A DNA stretch of 64,000 nucleotides, from NCBI RefSeq assembly GCF_006345805.1, contig NC_043004.1:16492001-16556000 (forward strand), written 5' to 3'. A program made the translations under genes and the position numbers. Shown here piece by piece: positions 1 to 13,781 of the stretch. Numbering within the stretch: position 1 is the first letter of the stretch; every line of letters starts with the position of its first letter. The notes under the pieces are model-generated. The model was not told the DNA's origin, made no database searches, and worked only from the letters and a program-made list of their open reading frames with translations. The DNA is from Octopus sinensis (Eukaryota).

Positions 1-1512
1 GTTGAAGCAATTAATCAAAAATAATTTTTATTGCCACATACTGACATGAATTTATTCCGTTCAAACGTGTCTAGTCAAATGATTTTGAACTCATATCGTT
101 ATGTTATACATCACATAAGATAACGATTCAACAGCTAAAATATAGCTCTCCAATATTATTGATTCGTTTTAAATAATAGATGTTCTATCTTGAACAAGTT
201 AGGTTAGCAGTGAAAGAAACACGTTCCTTCCTACTAGACTATAGACATCAAAAGGCAACGACTTGGCAAAATGATGACCATTAATTTCATGTCTGACTTA
301 TCTCCTCACCAGCCAGAAATATTATTCCAATCAGTATTATACATTCAACAATAATTACGTTTGAAGACGATCCTTTATTTGATGGAGAGAAGCCAATAAA
401 TCGGTCTGCGCGAGACATAACATCGTGTCATTTCATACAGCTTTGTTCCTAATAAGCAAACATCTTCACAGAATCGACCACATTTGCCATATCTTAATAT
501 TTTTATTTGACCTACTAAAATGCTCTCCTAATTTCGTAATCAAAGCTATTTTCTACTGAAGTGTCCATCACGAATACCATATCAAATATCGTATTTTATT
601 TCCGCTCTCTACCAGTCTATATTTATATTTCTGTCTCTTTCGCCACTTTATTTTATCCTTCTGCTTATGTCTAACACACTCATTTTTCCTTTCTTTCTCT
701 CCCTCCCCTCTCTCTCTCTCTCTCTTTATATATATATAATGTGTGAATGCATACACATACATAAATACAGATGCATATCTGTGAGTGTGCATATGTGTGC
801 GCGAGTATGCGTGTGTGTGCTTGTGTGTGTGCGTGTGCGTTTATGCATGTTTGTGTGTATGTACATATGAGATTGTAATTTGTTTAAAAAATAGCGGAAT
901 ATATAGAATATATAACAGACTTCTTTCCCTCTTATATTCACACTTCGGTAGCGTTAAGACGACAAGAGAGAACGACTTCGGTTATAAATTATATGAACTA
1001 TTTTACGCAAAGTGTGAGAACAAATCGTTTCATTCCTACTGCGTCTATAGAAGGCAGAATTGCTGTTAGACAACTAAAACCATAGCAGCGCTTTTGCGTT
1101 TCCAACATGAGTGGTAATGAAAATCTAGGGGTGTATAATTTGAGAAGAAAGGGCTCTGCTTAGTGATTAGTGCTGCATTTGGGAGTTTGGAGAATATAAG
1201 AATAAGTTTCGAAAGGATGAGTGGTGGGTGTATGATTTCAAGTAGCTCGGAAGAGCAGAGCCATTATAGTTATGATAGAATGGACAACGAGACGAATGGG
1301 CTCTCTATGAGACGAAAACTATCTCTATGTGTGTGAATGTAATATAATATGACATTAAGGATTCATCGGTTAGACTGTTACAGAATGCGGTCTAAGATGA
1401 TTAAGTACACAACAGAAACGTTCCAAGTGACCAAACAATAATACAATTTACACCACACCAGATATTTATATTGTTCCAAGAATCGTTGGCAAAAGGTACA
1501 TACTCTTGCCTG

Positions 1513-1627
<115 letters not shown>

Positions 1628-2028
1628 AATTAGAAAAAAAAAACTCACCTTTTATCAATTCAAAATGAACAATTAAAATAACACCATCTAGAAAATTACA
1701 AATAATAGATATATTAAAAATAAAATAACAATAATATACCGATGATTAAGTAAATTGCAAAATAACTGTGCCGAGTTAGAACTTCCCATCGTGACATCAA
1801 AACTGTCAGGCGTATCTTCACGGAACCATAGCTTATCTTCAAATTTAATGATGGATTATAGTGCTGTTGACACCGTCGGATTCAATGGTATAGCCCAGGT
1901 GCCGAAACCATAATGATACCTATGGGGCAGCTGATAACTGAAGTATGATGGATTGTTGGTATGGCTGTTTTTGTATATGTGGATTAGTATTATAATGCCT
2001 CTTTTTGATATATATGCGTGCGCGGGTG

Positions 2029-2059
<31 letters not shown>

Positions 2060-2145
2060 ATGTATGTATGTATGCATGTGTGTATGCATGTATGCATCCA
2101 TAGAAACAGACACACACATATATATATATTCTTTTTGTTTTATTC

Positions 2146-2523
2146 TTTTACTCATTTCAGTCATTTGGCTGCGGCCATGCTGGAGTACCGTCTGTTTTAG
2201 TCCAACAAATGGACCCTGGGGACTTATTCTTTGTAAGCCTAGTACTTATTATACTGATCCCCTTTGCCGACCCGTTAAGTTACGGGGACGTAAACACACC
2301 AGCATCGGTTACCAAGTGATGGTGGGTGACAAACACACACATATGCATATAAATATACAAGGGGCTTCTATCAATTTTCGTCTACCAGATCCACTCACAA
2401 AGTTTTGGTCGGCCCGAGGCTTTAGTAGAAGAAACTCACCCAACGTGCCACACTGTGCGACTGGACCCGGAATCATGTGGATGGAAAGCAACCTTCTTAC
2501 CACACAGCCACCGCTGTGCCTAT
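2146..2523 (-). mobile_element. SINE family A, full-length copy (tRNA-like head, internal microsatellite, LINE-like 3' tail)
   Basis: Reverse complement of the copies at 9198, 20401 and 44897: head with box A/B-like motifs and tail CCAGCATGGCCGCAG..TGACTGAAA. Confidence 0.9.
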
Positions 2524-2764
2524 TTATGCGTATATGTATAGATATGCATATACATAAACGAACTTATATGTATAGTAAGAAAAAGGAAGGAGAAGAATTT
2601 CGATTATACCCACGCAGGGAGTTGTAATGTAAAAATACATATGTATATATATATATATATAATGAAAAGAGGAAAATGCACAGCTTACATAATTTTAATA
2701 TATTTTAAAATATATTTTATAAGTGAAAGAGTATTGTGTTGGTCGACCGGTTTCGCTTTCGGTA

Positions 2765-2823
2765 ATCATGTTCCGTTGATCGGATCAACTGGAACCCTCG
2801 TCGCCGTAAGCGACGGAGTGCCT
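2765..2823 (+). mobile_element. SINE family C 3'-tail fragment
   Basis: GTTCCGTTGATCGGATCAACTGGAACCCTC also occurs at about 58829-58858. Assignment to family C rests on my recollection of the consensus. Confidence 0.55.
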
Positions 2824-3529
2824 GTGATTGTAGTTATGCATATGTATAAATGATTTTCAAACTGATTTCTGTATAGTCAAGTTTAATAATTTACAAACCG
2901 TTTTTGTTCGCAGTTACGATGGTAGAGAGAAACTAAAACGACGAATGAAGACGTTTAATGTAGGCGAGACAAAATGAAAGAATGATAATTACTGAGAAAT
3001 GTTCGGCAAATGGCAGAGTCGCAATTATTTTGATCAAAATTAAACTGCAATGATATCTCGTAAATTTTGCTCGAAATCTATTTTCACTTATTTCATAATT
3101 TATTTTCACTCAAAAAGAGAAAAAAAAGTACAAAAAAAAAAAAGAAATATGCAGCTGGAAACAAAACATCCTCAGAGCTCATTTTAAATTTCTGGATTTT
3201 ACACACATAAAGACGGTTACAGACATACACACACACAAGCGATTTTCTTTTTTTCCCCTTTAATTGTGTAACAAACAACATTGCTGGTTATTTTAAAGAA
3301 AATACGTTTAAAAGATACAATAAAATAATGTAATGCTGATTTCTTATACACGTGTTCGTTTGTGCACGTGTGTGTGTGTATGTGCGCCCGTGTATGTGTA
3401 TGTGTGTACGTTTGTGTGTGTGCGTTTGTGTGTGAGTGTGTGTACGTACGTGTATGACGATGCATGTATAGGATTCTGAAATTATATGTTGTGGTTTGTG
3501 CCGAGCACGCTTTCCAATGTACAGCACAG

Positions 3530-4200
3530 CTATAGTAACTACTGTAGGATACTTTTTATCTTTCATACCCACAATATGGCCTGTCCAACACATCTGAGTA
3601 GATATGATTATTGACTGGACGCTGGTGCATCCTGGTTTTGCAAGGACGTCAGTGTGATGTGGTTTCCTTTACCATTTGGTGTGAAGAATGTGTCTGAAAC
3701 ATTTTTGATGAACGTGCCAAGCGGTTTGAGATGCTTAATGTGTACCGGCCATGCTTCAGAAGAATACAATAAAGGCGTTTGTACGCAACACTTGTAAACA
3801 TTTAGCTTGTTCGTGGTGATGAGGCAATTTGCTCAATCTCTATTTTCAAGCTTCCAAAATGGTACAGAACGATTTCTGTATGTGTAGATATATTTCTGCA
3901 TCTAAAGAGCTCTCTCTTGACAACACGCTACTCGGGTGAAGTAGAAGAGGCGTATAAAGGAAAGTCACAAATCTCCAGAAGAGTTGATGCCTTGCTCACC
4001 AATGCCTAAATCGCTCTCTTTGGAGAGATTGTCATTAGGACTTCAATGATAACATAAAACGTTCAGGATGTGAAACGTGTGGCCGTGTACTCCTTTCCAA
4101 TGTTGCGTATATTAACTGTCTGAAGTCCCGTGAAAGACCTACTCTATGCAATGTCCTTCCTAATGCACAGTGTGATGCGTAGTGTATAGTGAGTAAAGGG
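3530..4200 (-). pseudogene. Decayed RTE-clade LINE reverse transcriptase, C-terminal part
   Basis: Minus-strand translation across frameshifts gives KLNVYKCCVQTPLLYSSEAW, HQKCFRHILHTKW and IISTQMCWTGHIVGMKD, matching RTE motifs KLKVY..CV..LLYGSETW and LRW.GHV.RM.D. A degraded ELLYADD-like segment lies near 4100. Confidence 0.8.
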
Positions 4201-4429
4201 GTTTGCAATTCAATTTTCTGGATCATATCTCAGAGAATGCTCAGATCAATTCAGTGGAAGTTACAACTTCTACTTGTCACCTATGTTTGAAAACATCGAG
4301 ATCTGCAGTTGCGACTAAATTCTCATCTGAGAGGTCATAGACAAAATGTCAGAAATGCCATTGACAACGACGAAGCTCAGAGAACTCGGAACCAACAGTG
4401 AAGATTGAGCAATAACCCTTATGAATGTA

Positions 4430-4714
4430 TGTACGTATGTATGTCGGCAGGTAGGTAGGTAGGTAGGTAGTAGTAGGTAGGTAGGTAGGTAGGTAGGTAG
4501 GTAGGTAGGTAGGAAGGTAGGTAGGTAGGTAGGTAGGTAGGTAGGTACAAATAGTTAAATGATTTGAACTTTATCGAGGAGTGGCTAAAAGAGAAAACCA
4601 GGTGAGCTGATATGGAGGTAGTGATGCAGATAAACATCAAATAACTTGATATATATAAATTTACATCACACATATGTATATACACATATACATATACATA
4701 TATGTGCAGATAGG

Positions 4715-4798
<84 letters not shown>

Positions 4799-4920
4799 CA
4801 GATAGATAGATAGGTAGATATACATATATACGTACATACATTCACACATACATACATACATACATACATATATACATACATACATACATACATACATACA
4901 TACACACATACATACATACA
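4430..4920. repeat. Compound microsatellite (TAGG)n, (GATA)n, (TACA)n
   Basis: Directly visible tandem tetranucleotide arrays. Confidence 0.97.
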
Positions 4921-5560
4921 GTGATCCGAGCCATTATTATGAAAGCCCCAAAATTACTAACAAGCACACATAATTTCCACATAGTCAGTAACGTAGACCG
5001 CCTCTACCTAAAACGAAAAGAAAGCGACAGGGGTTTAACATGGATCAAAGCTGCTTTTGAATGTCGCATCATATCTCTTCAGTTACATCCATTAACCACT
5101 AAATGTCGAAGTGCATCGCTTGACCAAGTTTGCATACATGAGGCTGCTAACATCATAAGACCTGGAAGGCATCTCCTTGAGCAACACTCTTTGTCTGATA
5201 AACTAGAATACATACCAAAAGAAATCACACAGCAATAACAGGAACGATTCACCTAATACAACCCTAGCTATAAGCCTGTCCACTAGTAGCATTACTTCAT
5301 CTCTCTCTCCAACAAACCATCGTAGAACTGATGGCTGCAACTGCAGATATGGAGCAGACTGCCCGCTGCAAACTCATTGCAGAAGATTCAACGTCGTATA
5401 TCAGTGCACCGTTCACAACATAGCTACTATACATGTTTTAAGCAATAATATTATGCAAATTTAAACCCGTTTAAATATAAAGAGAATGGCAATTCCACAT
5501 CACTAGCCAGAAAAATACAATATAGACTTTTCTGGGCTATAATAGATTCTTGTATCCCAT
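4921..5560 (+). pseudogene. R4/Dong-like non-LTR retrotransposon fragment (post-RT region)
   Basis: ORF 4921-5238 contains RLYLKRKESDRGLTWIKAAF, matching the RLYLPRKEGGRGL motif of RLE-type LINEs. A degraded CCHC-like region may follow at about 5340-5460. Confidence 0.7.
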
Positions 5561-6050
5561 ATCAGGGCCAGCACGCCACTTATGGTCTCTGCTTAAAAGA
5601 AGCCCACAAAATGTTAACCCATTATTCACCACAATTGCTTAACAAACACAAGGAAACCTTCACAACGTGCAAACACACCTTCAGCACTTTTATATTCTTC
5701 CATAAATCCAAATGTAAACTCACCTGCTACGAATAACACTCACATGCAAACCCCCATGCTCGTTAGCACATATCCTTGTATATTTCTTCTACTAACCTTA
5801 CCTCATCCCTTTATAAGATAAATGTTAATTCTTTAATATATTTTATACCTTAATCTAATAAATTTCCCTCAATTTTAATTCATACTCTTATTTCTAAATA
5901 ATCTAACATTCTACTAGTTTCTCCTTTCACGACTACCTACACACCCATACCCCCATTGCTAAAAATACTTCTACAGCCACTGTCCTTGCCATGAAACTGA
6001 CACAAGCACTTACTATTACATTTCCTCTCCACCCCTTACAGACTAGAAGA

Positions 6051-6289
6051 ATACCTATTTCTTTATTACCCACAAGGGGCTAAACATAGAGGGGACAAAC
6101 AAGGACAGACATAGGTATTAAGTCGATTACATCGACCCCCAGTGCGTGACTGGTACTTAATTTATCGACCTCGAAGGGATGAAAGGCAAAGTCGACCTCG
6201 GCGGAATTTGAACTCACAACGTAACGGCAGACGAAATACCGCTAAGCATTTCGCCCACCGTGCTAACGTTTCTGCCAGCTCGCCGCCTT
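6051..6289 (-). mobile_element. SINE family B, well-preserved copy
   Basis: Reverse complement reads GGCGGCGAGCTGGCAGAAACGTTAGC..GAGTTCAAATTCCGCCGAGGTCGACTTTGCCTTTCATCC..GGTCGATAAATTAAGTACCAG. It has pol III boxes, and the central motif resembles the MetaSINE domain (from memory). Confidence 0.9.
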
Positions 6290-9197
6290 GTCACCACTGG
6301 CACCTACTATCCTCTTTGAATTCCTTTCATTTTTCCTGTATTTTGCTTTTTTAAGTTATCTTCCTTTACCGCATCCTCCTCCTCCTCCTGTCACATTTAT
6401 TTTTGTACACTATATTCCCATGCACAATATCCTTTATACCTTGTTTTACCCTTAACGTCAACCCTTAATTTCCTCCCTCACTCTCTCTGCCTCTCGTTCT
6501 GTTTATTTATATTTCTTTCTCTTAATAGCCACCTCCGCTACAATTCTGCTATTGAACGTTGGTATGTTCGCGTCTCTTCCTAGATATTTACACTACTGGG
6601 ACGCTTTGTTGACGATACGGATATGTTTTTGACGATATGGATGTGTTAGTACATTTTGCGTTTCATGCTATGACTCGTTATATATTCCATTAGAATTCTT
6701 CCGTGAGTCAAATTCTATTCTACGAATAACTTTTGGCGCTGAGGAAAACGTGAACAGATAAAAATATTTCGAATATATTCAAACAGAAGTTTTGTTTGAA
6801 TTGATAATTGTATGCATATTTTTGAAAAGTAATAAGCGTTAATATTCACAAGAAATTATTCAAAAATATTTTTTTGTTTGCCAGATTTATTGTAATATAA
6901 GCACGGCCATGTTTTACAATATATGACCCAGGTACATAAAGGCAACGAATCGTCAGATAAAAGCTAGAGATGGACAAAGTAATGTCTGTTGCTCGTTCCG
7001 TTTCTCTCTACACAAAATTCAATGTATCACCTCTTCATTTTTGCCATTCAGCCTCTTGAGATCGAAAAAATAAAGTAACGGTCCAGTGCTGGAGGCTATG
7101 ATTTTGTAAAGATACACGTGTCAGATGTTTGCGCAATAAACTTACGAATGGCAATTCGATTGTTCATCGGCTGAATGGTCATCGTCTAGACAGACGGAAG
7201 ATCTACGACAGGTACATAGTTACGTATATAGATTAATAATAATCTATTAATATTCATCCGTCAAATTGTTTGATGCTATTTCAACACTGAAATTGAAACT
7301 CACCATCATATATAATATGTTGTATCAAGGGAAATATTAGCGAAAATCTCTTTAATCTTTGGATGGCGATAATATACTTTGTGTCTATTACGATTTTCCC
7401 AGTTGTACTTTTAGAGGAATTCACTTTGACCCCTCTGTCAAATGTCGGTATTTGATAATTTCTACTTTATTGCTTTCGCTCTCTGCTTCAATCTTTATAA
7501 TGACTACGAATGAAATTACTTTCTCTTTGCTATATAAACTGAATAGAGCATCGCAAAGCGAACATGATTAGATTGAATTCAAAGTCAGCGAGTAGAATCA
7601 CTTTTATTTTGACTTTTATCGTTTTGTCAGTATTTTCCATATGCTGAACTGTTGCATCAAAGTGATTTAGAGTAAGTTAATCACCTACACCAACAATCAA
7701 ACATTTTAAATACTAAATGAATGGAGATTAAATCACTGTAAAATGTCCGTATATATCAAAAGCCGATATCTCTGAACATGTTACATACGTAACTAATATT
7801 TAATTTTGAAGCAGTAACTAGATATCGTTCATTGGATGGTAACCTTTCCCATTCATAAAATATAATTCGATATATAGCCATTTCCGGGATATGTACTAAA
7901 ATATCTCTACTGGTTTTAATGTAAGTGAATTTATATTTTCTGCTCATTAGTTCCTAATTAACTAACTCTGTTTTCACTCATTTTATGGCCATTCTTCGAT
8001 TTCTGTCCCATTTTAACATTTGAATATTTTAAATCAAACTCAAATGAATTCGTGTGTCTGTAATTGAAAATAGTGCGCAATGTTTTATAACAGATTACTT
8101 TTGAAAGACAACAGATTTTGAAGCCATAAAAATTTAGATATAATAAATCTATAAATTTATATTTACACTGTTAGCTATTAATTCATGGGGACTAAATTTT
8201 AATAACCTTCTTAGTCCAATAATACATTTTCCCTTAGTCTACTGAAGCTCTGAAACAGGTAATTTTTATTCTATCAAACTTCAATAAGTCGTATCGATTC
8301 CTTTTACAAACAGCTACTTCAACGAGAGAATAATTTGATAAATACAATTCTAAATATTGCTTAAACACTAAATATGTATTGAAACACTACACTGTATATT
8401 TACCATGCAATAGGGATTTTTTTTTTATTATTTCAGTCTGCTATATCCGCAAAATTAAATAGTTCTGAGTTACATTGGATTACTTTCAAAGCCTAACCGC
8501 TTTTTCATACAGGAATCAAATTCACTAAAAGTTGGCATGCTGTCTTTCTGTCCCACCAAATACAATCAAAGTTACACCCAGATACACTTTCGAAAATAAA
8601 TAACATCATATTTATAAATATATGCATCTTATCTTTCAATATTAAAGCGTAAAGTAAACAGCTGCCAGTCATGTTGCTTAATCTACGTCAGTCTGAACTG
8701 AAGCAAAGTTGCTAAAAGAACGCATGCAAAGTATAACAACGCTTTGAAGTAAGACATGAATGTATCAATCACATTAGACGACCTTAGATCAAGAGGAAGG
8801 GTTATAAAATGGCGTGCGTGATAGCAGAAATGTGTATTGCTACAACAAAAAATAAAGTAAACGTAATTTTCCAACATATGCCACTTCAAAATGAACTCTG
8901 CCACATTTCGAACTCTATAAGCTACACCATAACCGTAGATATGCACATGTGTTGTAATTCTGAAAGACTAATAGAAACATTTGTTATTATGCCAATATAT
9001 AGTCGAATATCAGACAAAAAGCTAACGGATTGGACAATAATCTCCGATGGTCAGCCGTTATCTGAAGCTCATAACGATGGCTGCATCTAAAGGAACAGGG
9101 CATGTGGAACTTGATGAATAATATGAATCCTTAATTTTGTACAAATATAATCAATTTAAAACAGATATTACCAAACAAATTCGAACAAAGCATAAGT

Positions 9198-9608
9198 GGC
9201 GCAGAAGCGGCTGTGTGCTAAGTGGCTTGCTTCCCAACCACATGGTTTCGGGTTCAGTCCCACTGCGTGGCACCTTGCTCAAGTGTCTTCTACTATAGTC
9301 ACGGGCTGACCAAATCCTTGTGAGTGGATTTGGTAGACGGAAACTGAAAGAAGCCCGTCGTATATATCAATATATATATGTGCGTGTGTTTGTGTCTGTG
9401 GTTTGTCCCCCCCAACATCGCTTAACAACCGATGCTGGTGTATTTACGACCCCGTAACTTAGCGGTTCGACAAAAGAGATCGGTAGAATAAGTACTAGGC
9501 TTACAGAGAATAAGTACTGGGGTAGATTTGTTCGACTAAAGGCGGCGCTCCAGCATGGCCGCAGTCAGATGACTGAAACAAGTAAAAGAGTATAAGAGTA
9601 AAGAGTAA
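9198..9608 (+). mobile_element. SINE family A, full-length copy
   Basis: Head GGCGCAGAAGCGGCTGTGTG..GGGTTCAGTCCCACTGCGTGGCACCTTG, internal TA/TG tract, tail GGCGGCGCTCCAGCATGGCCGCAGTCAGATGACTGAAACAAGTAAAAGAG. Confidence 0.92.
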
Positions 9609-10181
9609 ACTCTACCCAACAAAAAAATCTCTCCATTATCCTCCTTTTTTTAAGTATATTTTACTACACTCATATAAACATTTGCCTTCTTTGTAATTTT
9701 CAAAATAGGGGACAAGATAGATTGATTTGATTAAAGAGAATCAATTTGTTAATCCTCCTCTGTAAAGTCTACGCTGGACAAAGAGATGTAGGGATATTGT
9801 CGTGTCCAAACTAGCTGAGAAACAGGCCAAAGTACAAAGATTTAAGTAAAATTAATTCAATTTATATGAAGTTGGATATGATTAGGGCTATTGTTTTTGA
9901 TTCTTCATGAAGAAATACATCGAAACTTATGCTCACGCTAAGCAGATAGATAGATGGATAGATAGATAGATAGATAAGTTTCTTTATTGGCCACACAGGG
10001 CTGCACACAGATGGGACAAGTTACAAGGTAGAGCTTTTCTTTTGGGGGTTGAAGAAAACAAAAAAAAAGGGGTTGGCGTAGGTTTTCGATCAAGAGGGAT
10101 CGTAAAAGGGAAGAAAAGAACAAAAAAAGTTAAAAAATGAATAAATAAAATAAAAAATAAAAAGAATAAAAAGAAAAAAGG

Positions 10182-10270
<89 letters not shown>

Positions 10271-10635
10271 GTTTGTACGAGCACTCGTTTATGTGTGTGT
10301 GTGTGCGTGTGTGTGTGTATGTATAGGAGCATACATCTACGTGTTTGTGTGTTTCGGAATTTCCAACGGAATAACATCAGAGAAAGCAAAGTAAAATAAG
10401 CTGCAATTATTAGCTTAACGCTTAATGAGGGATCAATGTGTTTGATGTTTCTTGTGTAGAAACTTAAACAGAATAGGGAAAGTGTACTGAAAGCAATGAA
10501 AACGTGATTAACCGAGAAATATATATTGTTCTGAGAAGTCAAGTTGAATATTTTAGTGGTGAGTTATGAGGGAACGGACGGAATAACGTCTCATACGTTA
10601 TAATATCAACAGAGGATGTTACTCTATGTTAATTA

Positions 10636-11813
10636 CACTGTACAACAATGATATTACTACAGTGAAGAGAATATTTTCTGGAACAGTTTTTACCAAAGAT
10701 AACGAAAATGAACTCCGTTTTTCATGAAATAACGCCAGTATTTCGTAAAATGGGCCGTCACTAAACGGTATGATTTTGCTAGAAAGTGGGCCATTTTCTG
10801 TGAAATTAAAATTTTTTTCTTGGAATTAAAGCGGGTTTTCTGCAAAATGAGCTGTTATTAATAGTAAATACGTTATTTACGTCTCTTATTAAATGAAAAA
10901 CATCTATTCTTTAGCACAATATTTAGGTTTCTTTCTACGTATAGCATCTAGTCTATCTCTCTGAAGAAATCGGCAAAAGTCAACAAGCATGGTGGGATTC
11001 CACTTCCTCGCCTATCGAGTTTCCATTTGACTTATGTCTTGGTGGAATTTCTCGCCATGTTATTCGCTGCCGTCTGCTACATTCTGAAGAAATAATGCGA
11101 GATGCGAATGCAAAAATAGCGAACATTTAACAACATATTACACACTAAATATTTGTATGAATCAACCAACTTTTCTACTTCACAGTCGGTCGATTTGTGC
11201 TTCCCAAGCAGAACATTCCATAACTTTGCCATGCATCCAATTCCAATACATTTAATGTGATTTCAAAATTATCGTCTGTTAAAAGTTGCCGAAATAGCAG
11301 ACAGACTGGTGGTCTTGTGGTTCATGCCAAATCCCTGGAATGCCAAACTGTATACTTCTTGACTTCCCCATTGGTACATGTTTTGCAACAGACATGGGGT
11401 GCCCAACTTTTATCTTGGTCTCCTATCTTGACACCAAAATATAAGCAATACATTACCAACGGCGTAATGGTTCTTTCAAACTTCTGGCATGTCACAGCAC
11501 CACAGATATACAAAATTTCTCTGGGTTATTTCTACACTGACCTTTTGGTATTTTAATGCAATTTTTATTCTAATTAAAGATTTAATTAAATATGCATGGT
11601 TTTTTTATAGTTTTTTTCTCTGAAAATCTGAAAAAGAAAAAAATTAAAATTATAAAATCACCCTAATATTAAAAAGCTGAATTACCATAAACTAGAGTAA
11701 TTCTGTGAGAAACATTGACAATTTTCGTGATCTACGCATAAAATTACTATAGAAAATGGTATTCTCATAACTGTTGTAGAAATAATGTTCATTTTTATTT
11801 TTGTTGTACAGTG
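10636..11813 (-). mobile_element. Internally deleted DNA transposon with CACTG...CAGTG termini and a Cys-rich transposase N-terminus
   Basis: Perfect terminal inverted repeat CACTGTACAACAA / TTGTTGTACAGTG flanked by TTA on both sides. Minus strand encodes YICGAVT..YFGVKIGDQDKSWAPHVCCKTC and, in another frame, FGIPGIWHEPQDHQSVCYF. Confidence 0.8.
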
Positions 11814-12269
11814 TTATTCATATGAGTGTTTCGTTTCATTGTTTGCATGTACATGAAAGTTTGTTTTTTGTGGCTTTAGAAATTATTAACCTCTTATTTT
11901 CATTTTAGTTCTTTCGTATATTCTCATATGTGAGATTCTATGTCATTGTGCATGTTTGTGGATTCGTATCGTGCGATGCGCTTAGATGAACTGTTGTGAT
12001 GGTGCTATCTTTAGATGATACGCGTATGCATATACCCTTTTTATAAAGGTGTGAATGTCTATTTTATTGTTACTGTGAGTTTCTATAGTATTTCTTGTCT
12101 GAAGGTGAAGTGTATTTGTGTGTGTGTATTTTAGGTGACGCCATCACATGTATGCATGTGTACATTTTCAATGATTTTACGTATTATTCAAATATTTGTA
12201 TGTGCCTTTTTAGCCTTTACGTAATATGTGATGGTTTAGGATAGGTGTAGTTACCAACACAGAAACATG

Positions 12270-12692
12270 TATCATACATCAAAATGGAGCTGGTCTAATG
12301 TGGATCACATCCCTACTCCTCAACATAGTCACCGTTTCTCACAGTAGCAACGTTCCACTTTCGAATGAGAGCATGTATCCCTGCCTCGTAAAATTCTGTT
12401 GACTGTTCTTTGAGCCACTTCTTCACTACGAAGTCAAAGAGACAACACCTTCTTTCGAAGGCTTGTAACAGGTGATGAAAGGTGGGTTCATCATTATGAA
12501 CCGGAATCAAAGAGGCAGTCGATAGAATGGTGCTTCTATATGCCACCACCAACCAAAAAGTTCAAGACGCAAAAGTCAGCTGGAAAAATCATGGAGACTG
12601 TTTTTTTGTATACTCAAGGTGTCATTCAAGTCGATTTCTTGCGAAAAGGATAAATAATAAACACATAATAAACTTCATTTTGATGTATGATA
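12270..12692. mobile_element. Rearranged mariner (DD34D-type) transposase fragments in opposite orientations
   Basis: Minus 12313-12428 gives VKKWLKEQSTEFYEAGIHALIRKWNVATVRNGDYVEE* (C-terminus). Plus 12430-12670 gives RRLVTGDERWVHHYEPESKRQSIEW and KKFKTQKSAGKIM (first catalytic Asp region). Confidence 0.85.
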
Positions 12693-12789
12693 AAAAAGCT
12701 GGATGGAACTTGAACATTTCATGTTGAAATATGCGCACTCTGTTGGACAACAAGAGTGATCGTAGGTCTGAAAGACGCACTGTACTTTT

Positions 12790-13780
12790 TGCTTGCGTGT
12801 TGAAACGCTATAACATTGCTGCTCTTTCAGAGAATCTTATGGTCAGTTTGAGAAAGTAAGAGGTGGATACATCTTTTTGGGGAAGGGGAAGCTGAAGTAG
12901 GAGCGCAGAGAGAATTGCGTTGGCTTCGCAGTTCGATTTGGAGGCGCTCCCTGTACCTATAAATGAACGTCTAATGTTTCTACGATTTCACCTGAAAGGT
13001 GAGCGGTTTGCTACTCTGATAAGTGCTTATGCGCCTTCTTTGACTAGTTGTGATGAAGATAAAACTATTCTTTATACCCAGCTGAGAGCCATACTTAGAA
13101 AAATCCCCAGTTCTGATAAAGTCATTCTACAAGGAGATTTCAATGCCAGAGTTGGAACAGACTGGCAAACATGGAACTTTCTAGGACGTTTTGGTGTAGG
13201 TAAAATAATAGAAATGGTCTTATGCTGCTGGAGCTTTGCCATAAACATGGACCTTACGTTACAAGCACTCAATTTATGCACAACGGTGATCACATAACAA
13301 CCTCGATGCATCCAAGGTCTAAAGTTTGGCACTTGCTGGATTATGTCATCATTCGCAAACGTGACATCCACGACATTTGTAATGTCAAGTCCTTTCATGA
13401 ATCGGACTGGTGGATAGAGCACAGTCTGGTGCGAGCAAAGTTCAGGATGGCGATAAGAGTGACAGAGAGAAGTGGGCCAGTTGGCATTCCTCGGCGTCTG
13501 AATGTCCACAAGGTATATGACGTTGTGTTGAGGAAAGAGCTTCAGACTCGCGTGTCCAGCATTGAAAATACTAGAGTGTAGGAAGATTTTCGAGAGCAGG
13601 TCCTTCAATATGCTGCTGTAACACTGGGATGTGCTACTGCCAGACACAGAGACTAGCTTGATGAAAATGATGTTGAAATTCAGCAACAATTGGTTGTAAA
13701 GCGCCATGCCTACAATGTATTGCTGCACAAAGGACTTTCAGCTGTGCAGCGAAATCTAGCATCGAGAGTTACACAAATAC
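12790..13780 (+). pseudogene. RTE/BovB-like LINE apurinic endonuclease region, decayed
   Basis: ORFs 12920-13297 and 13222-13581 carry INERLM, ATLISAYAP, DKVILQGDFNARVG, HPRSKVWHLLDYVIIR and EHSLV, all canonical APE-endonuclease motifs. Confidence 0.92.
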
Positions 13781-13781
13781 T

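Noticed and set aside
1953-2627. 224-aa ORF, the longest in the track
   Set aside because: It runs through a microsatellite and an antisense SINE family A copy, with no protein motif.
9198-9275. tRNA gene calls at SINE heads
   Set aside because: Box A/B motifs are present, but there is no cloverleaf and each continues into a SINE body.
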